This document shows positions 12,811 through 25,577 of a stretch of DNA of 64,000 nucleotides, piece by piece; within the stretch, counting starts at the first letter, position 1, and every line of letters starts with the position of its first letter. Location of the stretch: contig OZ316897.1 in NCBI GenBank assembly GCA_973895155.1, positions 372,734 to 436,733 of the forward strand, read 5' to 3'. The position numbers and the translations under genes were made by a program. The notes below the pieces were generated by a model, which did not search any database, was not told where the DNA came from, and saw only the letters and a list, made by a program, of their open reading frames with translations. The stretch comes from Marsupella aquatica. Lineage: Eukaryota > Plantae > Marchantiophyta.

Positions 12811-15023
12811 TTAGACCTCCTCTTGAGGTCCTCTTGGGTTGTCCTCCAGGTTGATGTCTCCAATGCTTTCAATACGGTTTCTCGGGCAGCAATTTTTCGT
12901 GCTTTGAGGGCAGCGGATCCAGACATCCAGTCCCTTATCCCCTTTGTCCGTTGTTTTTATGGGTTCGAGGCTCCCCTCTTCTATAGTCATCACACCTCTA
13001 CAGGAGTATATACCACTCTTTCTTCTGCAGAAGGTACACGTCAGGGTGACCCTTTGGGTGGGCCTCTTTTTGCCATTGCCCATTTTACTGCTTTACGGGA
13101 AGCCTCCGCGGCCCACCCCTAGTGTATCTTCCCCTCCCTTTCAGATGACACCCACATCATTGGTCCACCTGTTGCTGTTACTTCTGCCCTCGCCACCCTT
13201 TCCACCCATTTGTTGGGCCTCGGTTTACGAGTTCAGCCGGTGAAGAGTCGTGCATGGAGTCCAGCTGGGTTACCCTCTGATCTTGCGCTTCCCCCTGGGT
13301 TCTTACGTCCAGCCAACGGTCTTCGGGTCCTTGGCTCCCCAGTCGGTACCGCCTCCTTTTGCTCATCTTTCATTGCTGACGCTCTCCAGACTGCCTTAGC
13401 CCCTACTCCTATGCTCCCTAAGTTAGCAGACTCTCAAGCAGCATTTGGGTTGTTGTTGAGATGCATACACCCTCGTGCGTCCTATTTGGCTCGGACGCAT
13501 CCCCCTACCGAGGATCTTTATCTACACCTCCGAGCGTTTGATGTCTCCATTCGTGAGACTTTGGCCTCTCTTTTAGGGCCAGGTACCTTGCTCTCATCTC
13601 CGTGGCTTCATCGACAGCTCAGTCTTCCTATTTCTCATGGTGGTTTTGGGCTTACTTCCACTGAGCGCCTTGCACCTTTGGCCTTCTTGGGCGCGTGGGC
13701 GGCCGCCTTCTCATTGTTGGCAGATCGTTTCCTTACTGAGGATCGACCTTTTTTACTTTCGTCTCTCATGGAGGTCGAGGAGGGTTCCCTCCCATTTCAG
13801 GTTCATTTGCGCACGGCGCGGTCATCATTACCCGATCCTGTTCGAGCTGCGTTACCTTCATTCCAGGAGTTTTTATCCTTGGACCCCGTCCGTCTTCATG
13901 CAGACCTTGCTGGGCGTATGCACGCTTTCACCCTTTCCAGCATCCTCACCGAGGCACCTGACACGGACCAAGCTCGGATTCTTTCTTCCGGAGGGAAGGG
14001 CGCAGGAGGCTGGCTTCAGGCCAATCCTGTCATTCCTCACCTGCGGATGTCTTCAGCGGAGTTTGCGATAGCCATGCGTCTTCGTATGGGCTTGCCCCAC
14101 CCACTTCTTGCTGGTTTACCTCCTACTTGCACTTGTGGGAAGCCTTGTGATGCCATAGGTGTCCATCTTCTTCGATGCAGTTTGGGCGGCGAAACCATTT
14201 TTGTTCACGACGCTGTGAGAGATGTGACTGCTCAGGTTCTCTCTGGCTCTTTGGTCTGCTCGCGGCGGGAGGTGGTGCTCGAGTTACCTGGTCCTCCATC
14301 ACAGCGATTACGGGTGGATCTTACCATGGTCCGTGAAGGTCACCGTACTTTGGCAGATGTAGTGGTGGCAAACCCATTGCGCCAAGACATCATTGGGACA
14401 GCGGCAACAACGGCAGGGGCAGCAGCATCACGAGCAGCAACAACGAAGGAGGCCAAATATGTTGCACGAGCTTCATCTGATAGCTTCCTGCCCCTTGCTC
14501 TGGAGATATTTGGGCGTCTCCATCATCAGTTCGACGGGCTTCTTCGCCAAGCTGCTCGGGATGTTCACGGCCGGATGGGTCCCACCGGGCCCCCGCTATC
14601 TGTTTTGACCACGCACTTTCGCCAATGCATTTCAGTCACCTTACAGCGTGCTCAAGCTCGGGCCGTCTATCGTCGATCTCTGACAGTGGGTGCTAGTGTG
14701 ACTCCGCAGCGGCTAGCCCCCCTAGAGGACATTCCTGTCCCACTTGCCGATCTAGTTTCGACACTTGATGTAGACCACTAGCTTGTTGCCACATTTGCTA
14801 GGTATGATGAGGACCTCGGTCCATTTGCGGTAGTTTTAGTTCCTCTTTCTTGGTTTTTAGGGGTTTCCTTTTGCTCACTTCTTTTCGTTCCTCTTTCTTG
14901 GTTTTTAGGGTTTCCTTTTGCTCACTTCTTTTGCGTTTGGTTTTGTCCACTTGGGACCTCTCTTGTTTATTCTTTTGTACTCTATTTGGCCTTTTTCTGT
15001 AAAAAGTATGTGTATATTAAAAA
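12811..15023 (+). mobile_element. 5'-truncated non-LTR retrotransposon with restriction-like endonuclease (CRE-clade-like)
   Basis: RT motifs QVDVSNAFN, GTRQGDPLGGPLF and SLSDD. C-terminal CTCG..HLLRC knuckle, then HDAVRD, RVDL..LADV, KEAKY and FLPLALEIFG (RLE). ORFs 12763-13122 and 13210-14781 share a frame, split by one TAG at 13120. T-rich 3'UTR with a short A run. Ends approximate, TSD not identified. Confidence 0.85.
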
Positions 15024-15475
15024 ATTTGAGGTGGTCTAAAAACCTAGAGCAAACGGCAGCTTATTTTCAGGGAATTGCATTGATTATTTCACACATTTTG
15101 GCTCAGGCATTTTAACTTTTGTGGAAAGAAATGGCCCCATCAGGCTTTGCTATGGATGGAGAGAGACTGAACATCCCTGGCGAGAGACTGAACGTCCCCA
15201 TCGTCTTGTAAACCCCCACAAACATCTAGAAATCAAAAGGTCATTGGGAATTGAGTGTGAGTTGACATGTGGCTATCATGGGTAGATGGGTCTGACAAGA
15301 AAATCTAAGTAGACCCCACTCTAAGTAGACCCCACATGATTGCCCCATTCAAAGTAAAAAGTATAGACAAAGCATAATACAAATTAAGTTGTGAGTTCAA
15401 AAGGGATGATTTATAGGAAAGTGAAAAGGAAAAAATAGTCTACCGGGTGTAATAAAAAAAATTGTGTTTTTCTAA

Positions 15476-16901
15476 TCTCTATAAAGTATTTTTTCCAAAT
15501 TACATTAACATTCAATCCTAGATTCTTTATTGCAATAACTTATCGACCAATGACACAATGGCCTCAAGAATAAAATGGCCCCAACAATGAAATGGCCAGA
15601 GTGATAAATGATTGTAACAATGAAATGGTTGTAATGACAAATGTGCAATGCAAGTAGGGCAATGGGTTTGTATACACGTCATATTTCAAATCACATTATA
15701 AAGAAAACTATCCCATCTCTAAGAGTTAGTGCAATCTACAAAAGTGTAAAAGGAAGGAACAAACCAATACCATCAGATATATTTCAATGATTTTGATACC
15801 CTTGGATGGAGTGAAAGGGATCACCTATGTAATTGAATACAATGGATAGTTTTGCTTCTAAAGTAGGTATTTACAAAATACATGGGGTGGCTAAATACTT
15901 TCAAGAATGACATGTGCATTACATTCGTATCAAATTTGCTTTTGTTTTTTTGCTAAGGATCCGGAGAAGAGAAATTTCCATTTTTTGAGAGATCATTTAT
16001 CGTTTGCTCCATGTTGTTTCTTCTTCTCTTTCTTAATCATGCTGGAAGGGGGAGGGAGGGTGCTAAAGTGCCAAGATGGGAGACTGAAAAAAAAGGAAAA
16101 AGAGTGAATTTCTCTCCCTCCATATAGCAGAGGGCGACTACACTTGACCCCGTAAGACCCCAGCCACCACCCCCATCTTGTGTTCCCTCCCATGCTCGCA
16201 CCCTTGCCCACAACATTGCTTTCACAATAGCACCTTGGGACATGCTTTGTCTCAATATCTTTGCCTCGAATTGACAATTTTCCTTGGGCCTTGACATATT
16301 TTTCTCATCTTGACATCTTTTTTATCTCATCAATGATTTTTTATCATATTGATATCTTTTCTCTGTTTGACATCTTTTTATCTCGTCAATGATTTTTTTA
16401 TCATATTGATATCTTTTCTCTGTTTGACATATTTTTCTCACCTCAATGTTCTTTTCAATCTCACATTGACATCTTTTTCTCACCTCAACATCTTTCCTCT
16501 CATTTACACCTTTCTCTCTTCAACATCTTTTATCACCTCAACATCATTTTCTCACCTTGCTATATTTTCTCTTCTTGACATATCTTGTCTTTGGCATCTT
16601 CTACTCACCTCAACATCATATTTTCATTTTTTCTCTCATGGACATGATTTCCTCACCTTAATATCATTTTCTCACCTTGATTGTTTTTCTCCCATTAACT
16701 TTTTTCTCACCTCAACTTCTTTATCCCTCCTCCACATTCTTCTCACCTCAACGTCAGTTTTTCACCTCAACATCTTTTTATCTCCTCAATATCTTTTCCT
16801 CGCCTCAACATCTTTTTATCTCCTCAATATCTTTTCCTCGCCTCAACATCTTTTTCTCACCTCAACATCTTTTGTGCAACGCACGGGCATCGGGATATTT
16901 G
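15476..16901 (+). mobile_element. Possible degenerate Helitron remnant containing a ~19-bp minisatellite
   Basis: A|TCTCTATAAAG at 15476 resembles a Helitron 5' end; gtgcaacgcacgggc at 16874 resembles the 3' hairpin; weak Rep-like GITYVIEY near 15815-15840. The terminal CTAG is not intact. Confidence 0.3.
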
Positions 16902-17385
16902 TATATATATTGTGCCAAAATAATGAGACTTTCAAAATTTAAAATTACAAAAAATTAAAAAATAATAATGAGACTTTCACACCCATAAACTGTGACAAAT
17001 ATTACTACGGGGGTTTTCATCACAATCGTCTTACAAAATTTGACTTTTATCGTCCCAAAGAAAGCCTTGGAAGCAAAACAAAGAGGGGGAGAGGCAAGGA
17101 GAAAGGGGAAGGGGGGGGCACATGGATGGGCAAAGAGGGAGGGAGAGGCTTCATCTTGCCCCTTCTGATTGTGGGTAAGGGTGGAAAAAGTGTCAAGTTT
17201 ATTTTCTCACCTCAAAATCTTTTACTCTACTTTACATCATTTTCTGCTCAAAATCTTTTTCTCTCCTTTGCGCACATTTATCTCCTCAACATCTATTTCT
17301 CTCCTCAACATCTTTTCTCTCCTCAACATATGTTTCTCACTTGAGCATCATTTCTCTCCTCAAGTCTTTTTCTCTCCTCGAGTTC
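16290..17385. repeat. Degenerate pyrimidine-rich minisatellite (consensus ~ttttctcacctcaacatct), blocks 16290-16870 and 17200-17385
   Basis: Many ctcacctcaacat / tctcctcaacat units are visible. The ORFs here are repeat artefacts. Confidence 0.85.
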
Positions 17386-18511
17386 TTTTAAATGCTCCAA
17401 ACTCCAATCTTGACTTTCCTAGAGAACAGTCCCTCAAATCTCAAACACATTTATACGGGACTGTTGACAGTCATGCAGTATATGGCACTGTTGGGTTACC
17501 GTCAATTCCCGCAGAAAAGTTATCGTCTGCCTAAATAGGCAGCCCATAACTTTTACTGCATGGCTTGCACTGTAACATGCCTCGATCTGTGAGGAATGTC
17601 AGCCTCTATGAAGAAGCAGATACTAAAACTCTTCCATATATGTCTTTCCTGAAATATTCTGTGACCATTAGATCACCCTAGACTTAAGGTTGACCGTTAG
17701 ATTCTGGCAAATGGGGTCTATGATTAGCCGGGAACTGGCTAACATTTGGGATATAAACAATATATGAAGCAAATTTTTGCCAAAAGTTGCAATAACCTTT
17801 TAGGTAGGGGGAATTTGGCAAAATTTTGCATCTAACAAACAAGTTGATCCATTTCACCCTTAATAATAACCTGTTCCTAAAGTCTTGAGGCAGACTAGCA
17901 AGTTAGAGGAAATGAGTGAGTGGAATGTAAAAGTAAGGGCAAGTCTTGGACATTTCCCTTAAATATATGGCTAGTGGCACTTACGGCAAAAGGCTCAGGA
18001 CCATAGCTTTTTTCCAATAGTTTAGGGAGATTTAAGGGCTGCAAATGTAACGGCCACCTCCATGCAAGATAGCTCTAACTCCTTATTCTACAGCTGCCAT
18101 ATAGCCTGGTCATCATACTGGACCATGTTTCCTTTTTTTGGTCTTGTAGTGATGTAGATGGCTATTCCATAATATTTCATAACATTGAGTGGGATAAAAT
18201 ACAAGATTAAAAGTACAGCACATATGGTCCAGGGTTTCATTTTAGTGTTTTGTAGTGATGTGTAGATGGCTATTGCATAGTATTTATCTTGTATTTTATC
18301 TCACTCAAGTGCATAAGTCTTGAAAAGGTGTGCACATAAGCACAGATTCTCACTTGCCCTAATTACACTCAAATTGATCAAAAGTTGTGCAAATAAGAGG
18401 TACAAAAGATTCTCACTTGCCTTAATGATAATAAAAACCATAAACTTAGGAAACAAATTTATGAGGAGAACTTGGAACAGGAAGTGTCCCCAGTTCTAAG
18501 TATCATTTCTG

Positions 18512-21250
18512 TTTTTTAAATTTTTTTAAATTTTTAAGTTTTAAACCAAACTAAGGCTGCTGAATGCCTATTTATTCCAGAGACCACCACGGCAAAGACC
18601 AGCGGGGCACAAAGAAAAACAAACCCGGAGGGCCAAAGCACAAAAAACTACATGCAAAGCGGGCAAAACCACCCTAAGGAAACCACCCCACACACCAAGA
18701 TGACGGCAAAAACAAGGGCCAACCACCCAACAAACTAAGGCAAGAGGCCTGTAACAAAACACTTCCCAAAACAGGAGTTGGTTGTACCACCAACAACAGC
18801 AAGTCCGACACCCCCAAAAAGGACTAAAGGAGAGTAGTGTCACCGCCTCTCCCGTTCAATCATAATAGTAATGTCAGTAAGTGTTTGACTCAACCGTCGA
18901 GCCTTCTGGACACTACTAATAAACGTAATGTGAACTACTCCTATAGCGCCATGCAGAATGAGATGCAATGGGAACCAAGCAGAGTTAGCCCAAAAAGTGA
19001 GTTGGCACAAATCATTGTGTGTAAGAGTATAAGGAAGCCAAGGTTACATCTTTGGGACCTAATCGCAGTATCAAGCTTGCTAAAGAAAGAGCAGCCTGCA
19101 GCCTTGTTCTGGCTAGTGTCCACTACCGTGTGCATGCTCAAGTTGTATCCAGCATGGGCAAAGTTGACAGCAATCATAGAACATATGTTCAACCATTTCA
19201 CTGGCCCTTTGACACGCAATGCATAGCCCATCACTCACATCCCATTTAAGAGCATGGGAATTGAAAAAAAAACTAGCTTGATGCACCTTCCAAAACTCTA
19301 GCTTAACACTAGGAGAGGATCGACAAACCTTTCCAAAGATGAATCCAGGCACCGACCCCTCGAAGTCACTTGGGAATCAAGAGAGACCCACCGGCAATTG
19401 AGTTGTGTAATTGGAGGCATAGGCCGGGGGCATAGGTTGTTGCAAGATGGTGGCCCGGGTTTTGGTTGGAAGGTTCCACCCTTTCTTTACTCCGGTCTGT
19501 CATGTCCATGTCCACCCATCAGAATTACGCAAAAACCCTTCGCTGAACCGCTTGGAGCTGTTCAATAAGGCAAGGAGATGTGGTAGCAGTCTCGAAGTCA
19601 TGATCCGAGTAATTTGATGAAGTCCAACCTGAATCTGGTCGAGATTTTTCCAACCCTGATCAGGGGTAACAAGATCCGCCACTGTGTGGATCTGCCGAGT
19701 GCACTAGTAGCCAATAAATTTTTACAGTCCTGCAACTCCTTCTCGGTGACATTCATGTCACTCTCCAAAAGAAGTAAAAGTTGGTCAACTGAGAGGTAAG
19801 TGGGGATTGTCCCCTCACTATGATAAAAGTCAAGTTGGTGATGAGCAGGCCCCCAACCCCAAAGCATGGAATTTACAGTAGGTGCACCTGCAATTTTCAG
19901 ACAAGGAGAGAGGAGGAGGAGATCACTAGGGTCCCAAAATTTCCACTCCTTTCTAAATGGGCCCTTCCTAGCAGGAAGGGTGAACAGGGACCGCGTCAGG
20001 CCCACCCAGGCAGTATCAAACCCTGTGAGAAGCTTGGTGAGGCTCCTCATCTTACACGCTTGAGATGGAAGCTCAAATGGTCAAAGAGCTAACCCCACTT
20101 CATTGTAAGGGCAGGAGATAAGGTCCCAAGCAACAAAAGCTTTTTTATTAGCACCTTTGAGAGTCTGGCCCCACAAGAAAGTACGATAGATCTTTTCAAG
20201 TTGCTTATACCCAATCTTTTGAATATTAAGCAACATGAGATGGTACACAAGAATAGCACGAAGGACATGCTTCAATAGAACCAGACGGCCAGCTTGGGAG
20301 AGTGTTCGATTGGTCCAATGTTGGAGTAGTTTTTATGACCTTGCCCAATCATGAGAAACTCTGTCTCCTATGCGTGTTGAAGGCCTATGCTGATGGGACA
20401 CCCCAGATAGGTAATAACCTCCCGCTTCAAAGCAATGCGACAATCAGAGCGGTCAATCCATTCAGGGCTTGCAGAATTATCAATCTGAAGGAGAACAGAT
20501 TTGGCAATGTTCAAAAGAGTACCAGATACACTTTCGTACTTGTGCACCACATCGCAAGGCTAGCTGCCTGAAATTCCTCTTCAGTTGCTTTGAGAAACAA
20601 GCCAATGTCATCTGCAAATAGTTGATGAAGAAGCTTATGCCCATTTCCAATGTGGAGCCCATTGAGAGTACCATCCTCAAGTTTAGCTTCAAGCATACTC
20701 ATAGGCGGTTGAGTAGCTAGGGCAAACAAGAGAGGCGCTGCAGGGCACCCTTGCCTTACCCCACGCTCCAAAGAGATCGCCTTGGTGAATCCCCCATTGA
20801 CACGAACCTTGGAAGCAGCATTGAGAACAAGACCTTGAATTAAAGAAATGAATTTCATGGTCTCATGGTGTCCCAAAGGAAAGCATGATCCACCCTGTCA
20901 ATGCTTTGGCAAAATCCAGTTTTAGAAAAACAGTAGGTTGGTGAGTGATGTTGGCAAATTCTTGCCCCACCTTGAAAACCAAGACATTATCCATGATGTT
21001 GCAGCCACGATAAGCCCAATCTATTGTGGAGCAACCAACTGTGGGACCACCTTTTTCAATCTGTTAGCCAAAAGTTTGGCAGCAATCTTGTGTGTAATGG
21101 TGAGCATGATAAGAGGTCTCCAACTGGTCAACAGTTGAATGTCACCAGTCTTTGGGATCAATTTAGTGACACCTGTGGAGGCTTTTGAGATGAGTAACCC
21201 GTCCCTCCAAAAGGCTTGGATCATTGCAGGAGATAGAATCCTTTCAATGA
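18512..21250 (-). mobile_element. 5'-truncated, degenerate L1-clade LINE
   Basis: SWRPLIML..KIAAKLLANRL, FLKLDFAK, GVRQGCPAAPLLF, HQLFADD, YLGCPI and FLWG..VAWDLISCP, spread over frameshifted ORFs. A-rich tail on the minus strand at ~18512-18545. Confidence 0.9.
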
Positions 21251-24200
21251 AAAGTATCATTCTGTTGCATGAGTCACTAAATAAGATAAAAAAATTCTTC
21301 ATTGGTATGGATTCTATGAAATTTGCTAAAGGGTTTGGATGCATTGTATGGTCTAAATGCAATGGGAGATGTTCACATTTCTGAGTAGCTCATTCATTGC
21401 AAGAGATAGAATCTTTCTCCATTGGCAGAAATTCTATGAAATTTGCTAAAAGGCTTGGATGCATTGTATAGTCTAAATGCAATTGAAAAGGAGAGCTCTG
21501 GGATAATAAGGTTAAAAAACATTAAGAGAGGTGCCAAAACAATTTAGAATCCAAGTAATACAAGTGATACAGCTTGTTTTGGGAAATTCAAATTAAAAAA
21601 TAACAAGAAATATTAACAAGAAAAAATTAAAGGTGGATTGGCCTAGCAGTGTCAATATATGAATCTGTCATTGACTAACGTTGTCAGCAAAGTTTGCCTC
21701 CAAAAGCCTAAGAGCTAGTGTCCTTAAAAAATATTTCTCTATATAGGAAGCAAGTTCTTATTAAGGTCCCCTACAGTGCTATGTCTCCATATAGAGCCGG
21801 TTCTTATAAAGATACAGTATTTCTAGGGCACATATTTATGAAGATACCGTATAGTTGTATACATCCATGTATACATACATATAAAAGGGCAGTTCTTATA
21901 CCGAATACTAACAGAGGGATTAAACCGGTTGCAGCACTATCATTTATTTATTTTGTCAATAAAAAAATGGTTGTCCTTGACTTGACAAAGATAAAGCCAA
22001 TGCATGCATCCAAGGTAAAAGGGCAGGGAAACTTTACCACTACGAAACAGGCTTTGTGTGCGCTGATCTGTTATCGTCATGATTGCATGGTCCAGCTTTT
22101 CCCAATGTGTTTGGTGACTTTGCTGACAATGATAGTATAAAGAAGCCTGACAGGAGCCGGTCACCGTTCATTTGACTACCCTGCATGTGCTCTTCCAATC
22201 ATACCACACCCTCTACCATAAAAAAGTTTGCCTCCCTGACTTGCACATCAATATGTGACAATATAGGGTACTGTGTTACTCTATATCATGATAAACAGAA
22301 TAATTTTGTTCATGTTATTCAAAGTATTCAAAGTACAATGTATACTATCACATTTTGATGTACAATACAAAGAAACAAAACCTTTCCTATGATTTCTTAA
22401 ACAAGGCTCTTGACCATAACTAAAGTTCTAGATCTGGGTTTTACTAGAACCTGGATCTCAAGATCTGCCTATAGAATATCACCCCTATGGTGAAATATTG
22501 AGATGACATTGATACTCAAAAAATCTTGAAAATATGATCTCTTCATTCCGCATACACATGATTGTATTATATGTGAATGGGAGCAGTACAGGTTACCCAT
22601 AATTCTTTATAGAAGAACACAGTTTATGAATACTAGTGAAGTCAAGAGGGGTTGTCTTTTCTACACAGACCAGGTCCTTGAGCTGTTTTACAAATTTCTT
22701 AAACTCCATGATAATAATTTGTGATGGGGAGGCCCAAGTCAGAAATTTCTCCACCACATGGCATTGGGGTTGCCAGGAGGGTCATGAAAACATAAGACGA
22801 TGATAATCTACTTCAATCATAAGAAGGGGTCCTCAATCTAGCCAGGGTCTCCATCACAAAAGATCAACATGACCACTACAATGGGATTACTTCCACCACC
22901 CAATCTGAGGGGAGACCAATTTCCTGTAACTTACACTGAAAGACCCACCAATCCGTGTATCACAGCAGTGGTAGACAATGGCTAGAATCACTCTAGAAGT
23001 TAATGTTGAAACAGCGAACCACATGAGGGACCTACAGAAGAAATATCATTGCACATTGTTCCTATTTATAGTCATAAAGTAAATTTGCATCATGCTCACA
23101 TAAGAGAAACACATTTGAATTGCATGCAGTTATCTTCCAAGAACAAGACAAACACCATTACCACTAGGCTATGTATCTCTCACGTTGCAACAAAATTAGA
23201 GCGGAAGTATGAACATTTTGGTATTTAAAGTCTCCTAACTATGCAAGTCAATCCAATCCACCACTCCAGACTAATTTGTTGGGAGTTGAATCCCCTCATA
23301 ACTGTCAATCTATCCACCACCTAGCGGAATTGGTGTTGGAGCTTTATTTTTAAATAGAATGAAAGTTGATGACATTATTTTGGTCTCTGCCTAGCTAGAA
23401 GTTGGACTAAGTGTCTCCGAAAAAAAACAAAGTGAAGACAATGCATAATATTGTTCATCAATTCCAAGCAGACTGTCAAGCTAAAGCAAAACTAAGGAAG
23501 GTCCAAATGAAGCTTGGAAGTGATTTAGTCATGGATTGTTTGGCACTCCGGATGTAGTAGTTATTTAGACGAATGCAGGAGAAGTTATAGTAGCTAAGTG
23601 ACAAGACTTGCTATCAGTCCACAAATTAAATTTAATCTTGAAAACAAGGGTCCCCCTTTCAGCTAGTCTGGCAAGGACTAAATAACGTGTTGCCTGCTCT
23701 ATAGATGAAAATGTGAAATGAAGGGAGCCTTCTACCGTATATTCTTATCTACAACTATAATAAGGGATCCTGGGTTTTTTTTTTCATCCTTAGTCCCAAT
23801 ACAAAAAAACTATGGGCGGGAAAGACCCACAGTGGTTGGATTTGATTAGCTGTTTTCCCTTACCACTGATGAATTAAATGTGCACCCCTGACACATATGT
23901 GCTTCCCGCTGCCCCATAAATGTCCTGGCCTGACTCCCTATGAGCTGGCCCTCCTTGCACTGTGAAACGCACGGGCATAGGGCTCGTATAAATATAATGC
24001 TGCAAAGGGCTGCAAACGAGAGAAACTTGCAAGAGCCCAAAGAAGAAGCCATTAAAGGTACAAAATGACCAAAATAATAAGTTTAATCCTGCATTCTCCA
24101 TCTATAGAATTGAGAGTAATATTTTTAATCTTTTTGCCATCCATTTCTTAGACCTAGAGCGAAATGATTGGCAATCGTAGGCAAGCCCTGAGTTGTTTGT

Positions 24201-25577
24201 AGAAGTGTTAGGATTTGCTGCCGCTGGGAATGTTACCACTTTGAGTGGGGCCTGGTGGAATGGGGGATGGCTTGGTGGCTTAGCTCTAGTGGCAAGGGGA
24301 CTGGGAATTGGTAGCTCTAGGTTAGGTTCATGCTGCCCTCTCTCATTAGGTGCGAGCAAGGGGTGTGTGCACGGGTCGTGCCTTGCAAGTGCCAATGATA
24401 TAATTTGGTTTTTTCAAAAGGGAAAAGGTTATTGAATTAAGATTCGTTACAAAACACCACTTGTGGAAGCCATGCAACTGATTTGGAGGCTTAAAAAACT
24501 CAGATTTTACTATGTATACTCTTTTTCATACAAACGCCGACCACAGCTACGCATTACATGCAGCACCCATGTCTTTCAAAAGGCGGTTCTCTCTAAAATC
24601 CAATTGCTCACATGAACATCGCTCTCAACAGTGCTCCACCTACGTCTACAGGCGCTAATTTGCAAATTCCATGAGCTGGAGGGGAGGGGGGGATATACTC
24701 CAGTACTCCACCTACGTCTAGCGGCGCTAACTTGCATTTTCCATGAGCTGGAGGGGTGCGAGGGCTACATGTCGTGAAAAGGAGGTGACAACAGTGCAAC
24801 GACTCCATTCTTACCTTTCATTGTCATACGTGGTGGTGCATGCGATCCAAGGGTTGCGACATCTGGATCTCAACATTTATGGTCAGGTACAGTCCGTCAT
24901 GCAGGTGAAGAGCAAGTATACAATTACCGGGACAGGATTCTTAAAAAATTAGCGAGGACCGTAATGCTGACAGCGCCTCGCTCCACCAGTCCACCCTGGA
25001 GCTGCAATCTACACGACCGGTTCTACATGGCATAGTCTAGCGGCCTCTCTACATCTGGCGGTCATCTAACTCGCGACGGGCACGGCCGGTACATTGGGCA
25101 CCGCCAGGGCCGTCGAATAGTCGGTCCACTGGCGCTAAGCGGTAGGAACGGGAAGGCTTGGTGATTATGGTTAGTGCGATACTTAGCGAGATACGTATTC
25201 GCGTTAACGCACCGCTGCCCGAGGTGAAAGCTTCTGCACACTATAACAGACTGTTGCGAGTAGATGAAGCTCAGTACGATCCCAAGGCCTTCCTCAGGCT
25301 GTGAGAACCTCGATCCACCATTCTCCACCGTTGTCCCTGCAACCATTCTCCTATTTTACAGCTCGCATCTCGACGCATTGTTAGTTTTAGTGCTGGGAAT
25401 CCTTCATTGAGGGGACTTGAGTACAGCCGGCCATTTGGGAGCACGAACAGTTTGAGGACCTTCGATCAATTTGCCTGTTGGAGTGAAGTCGCTTTGAGTT
25501 GGTCCCACTGTCGACGACGATTCATTGTGGTAACATAGACAGGTGAACAGTCTGAGTTGCGAATCTTCGAAGTCAAA

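Noticed and set aside
16349-16942. 197-aa hydrophobic ORF
   Set aside because: It is the translation of a pyrimidine-rich minisatellite.
23690-23990. Second Helitron 3' end (gtgaaacgcacgggc...ctcg)
   Set aside because: The hairpin is imperfect and no convincing matching 5' end could be assigned.
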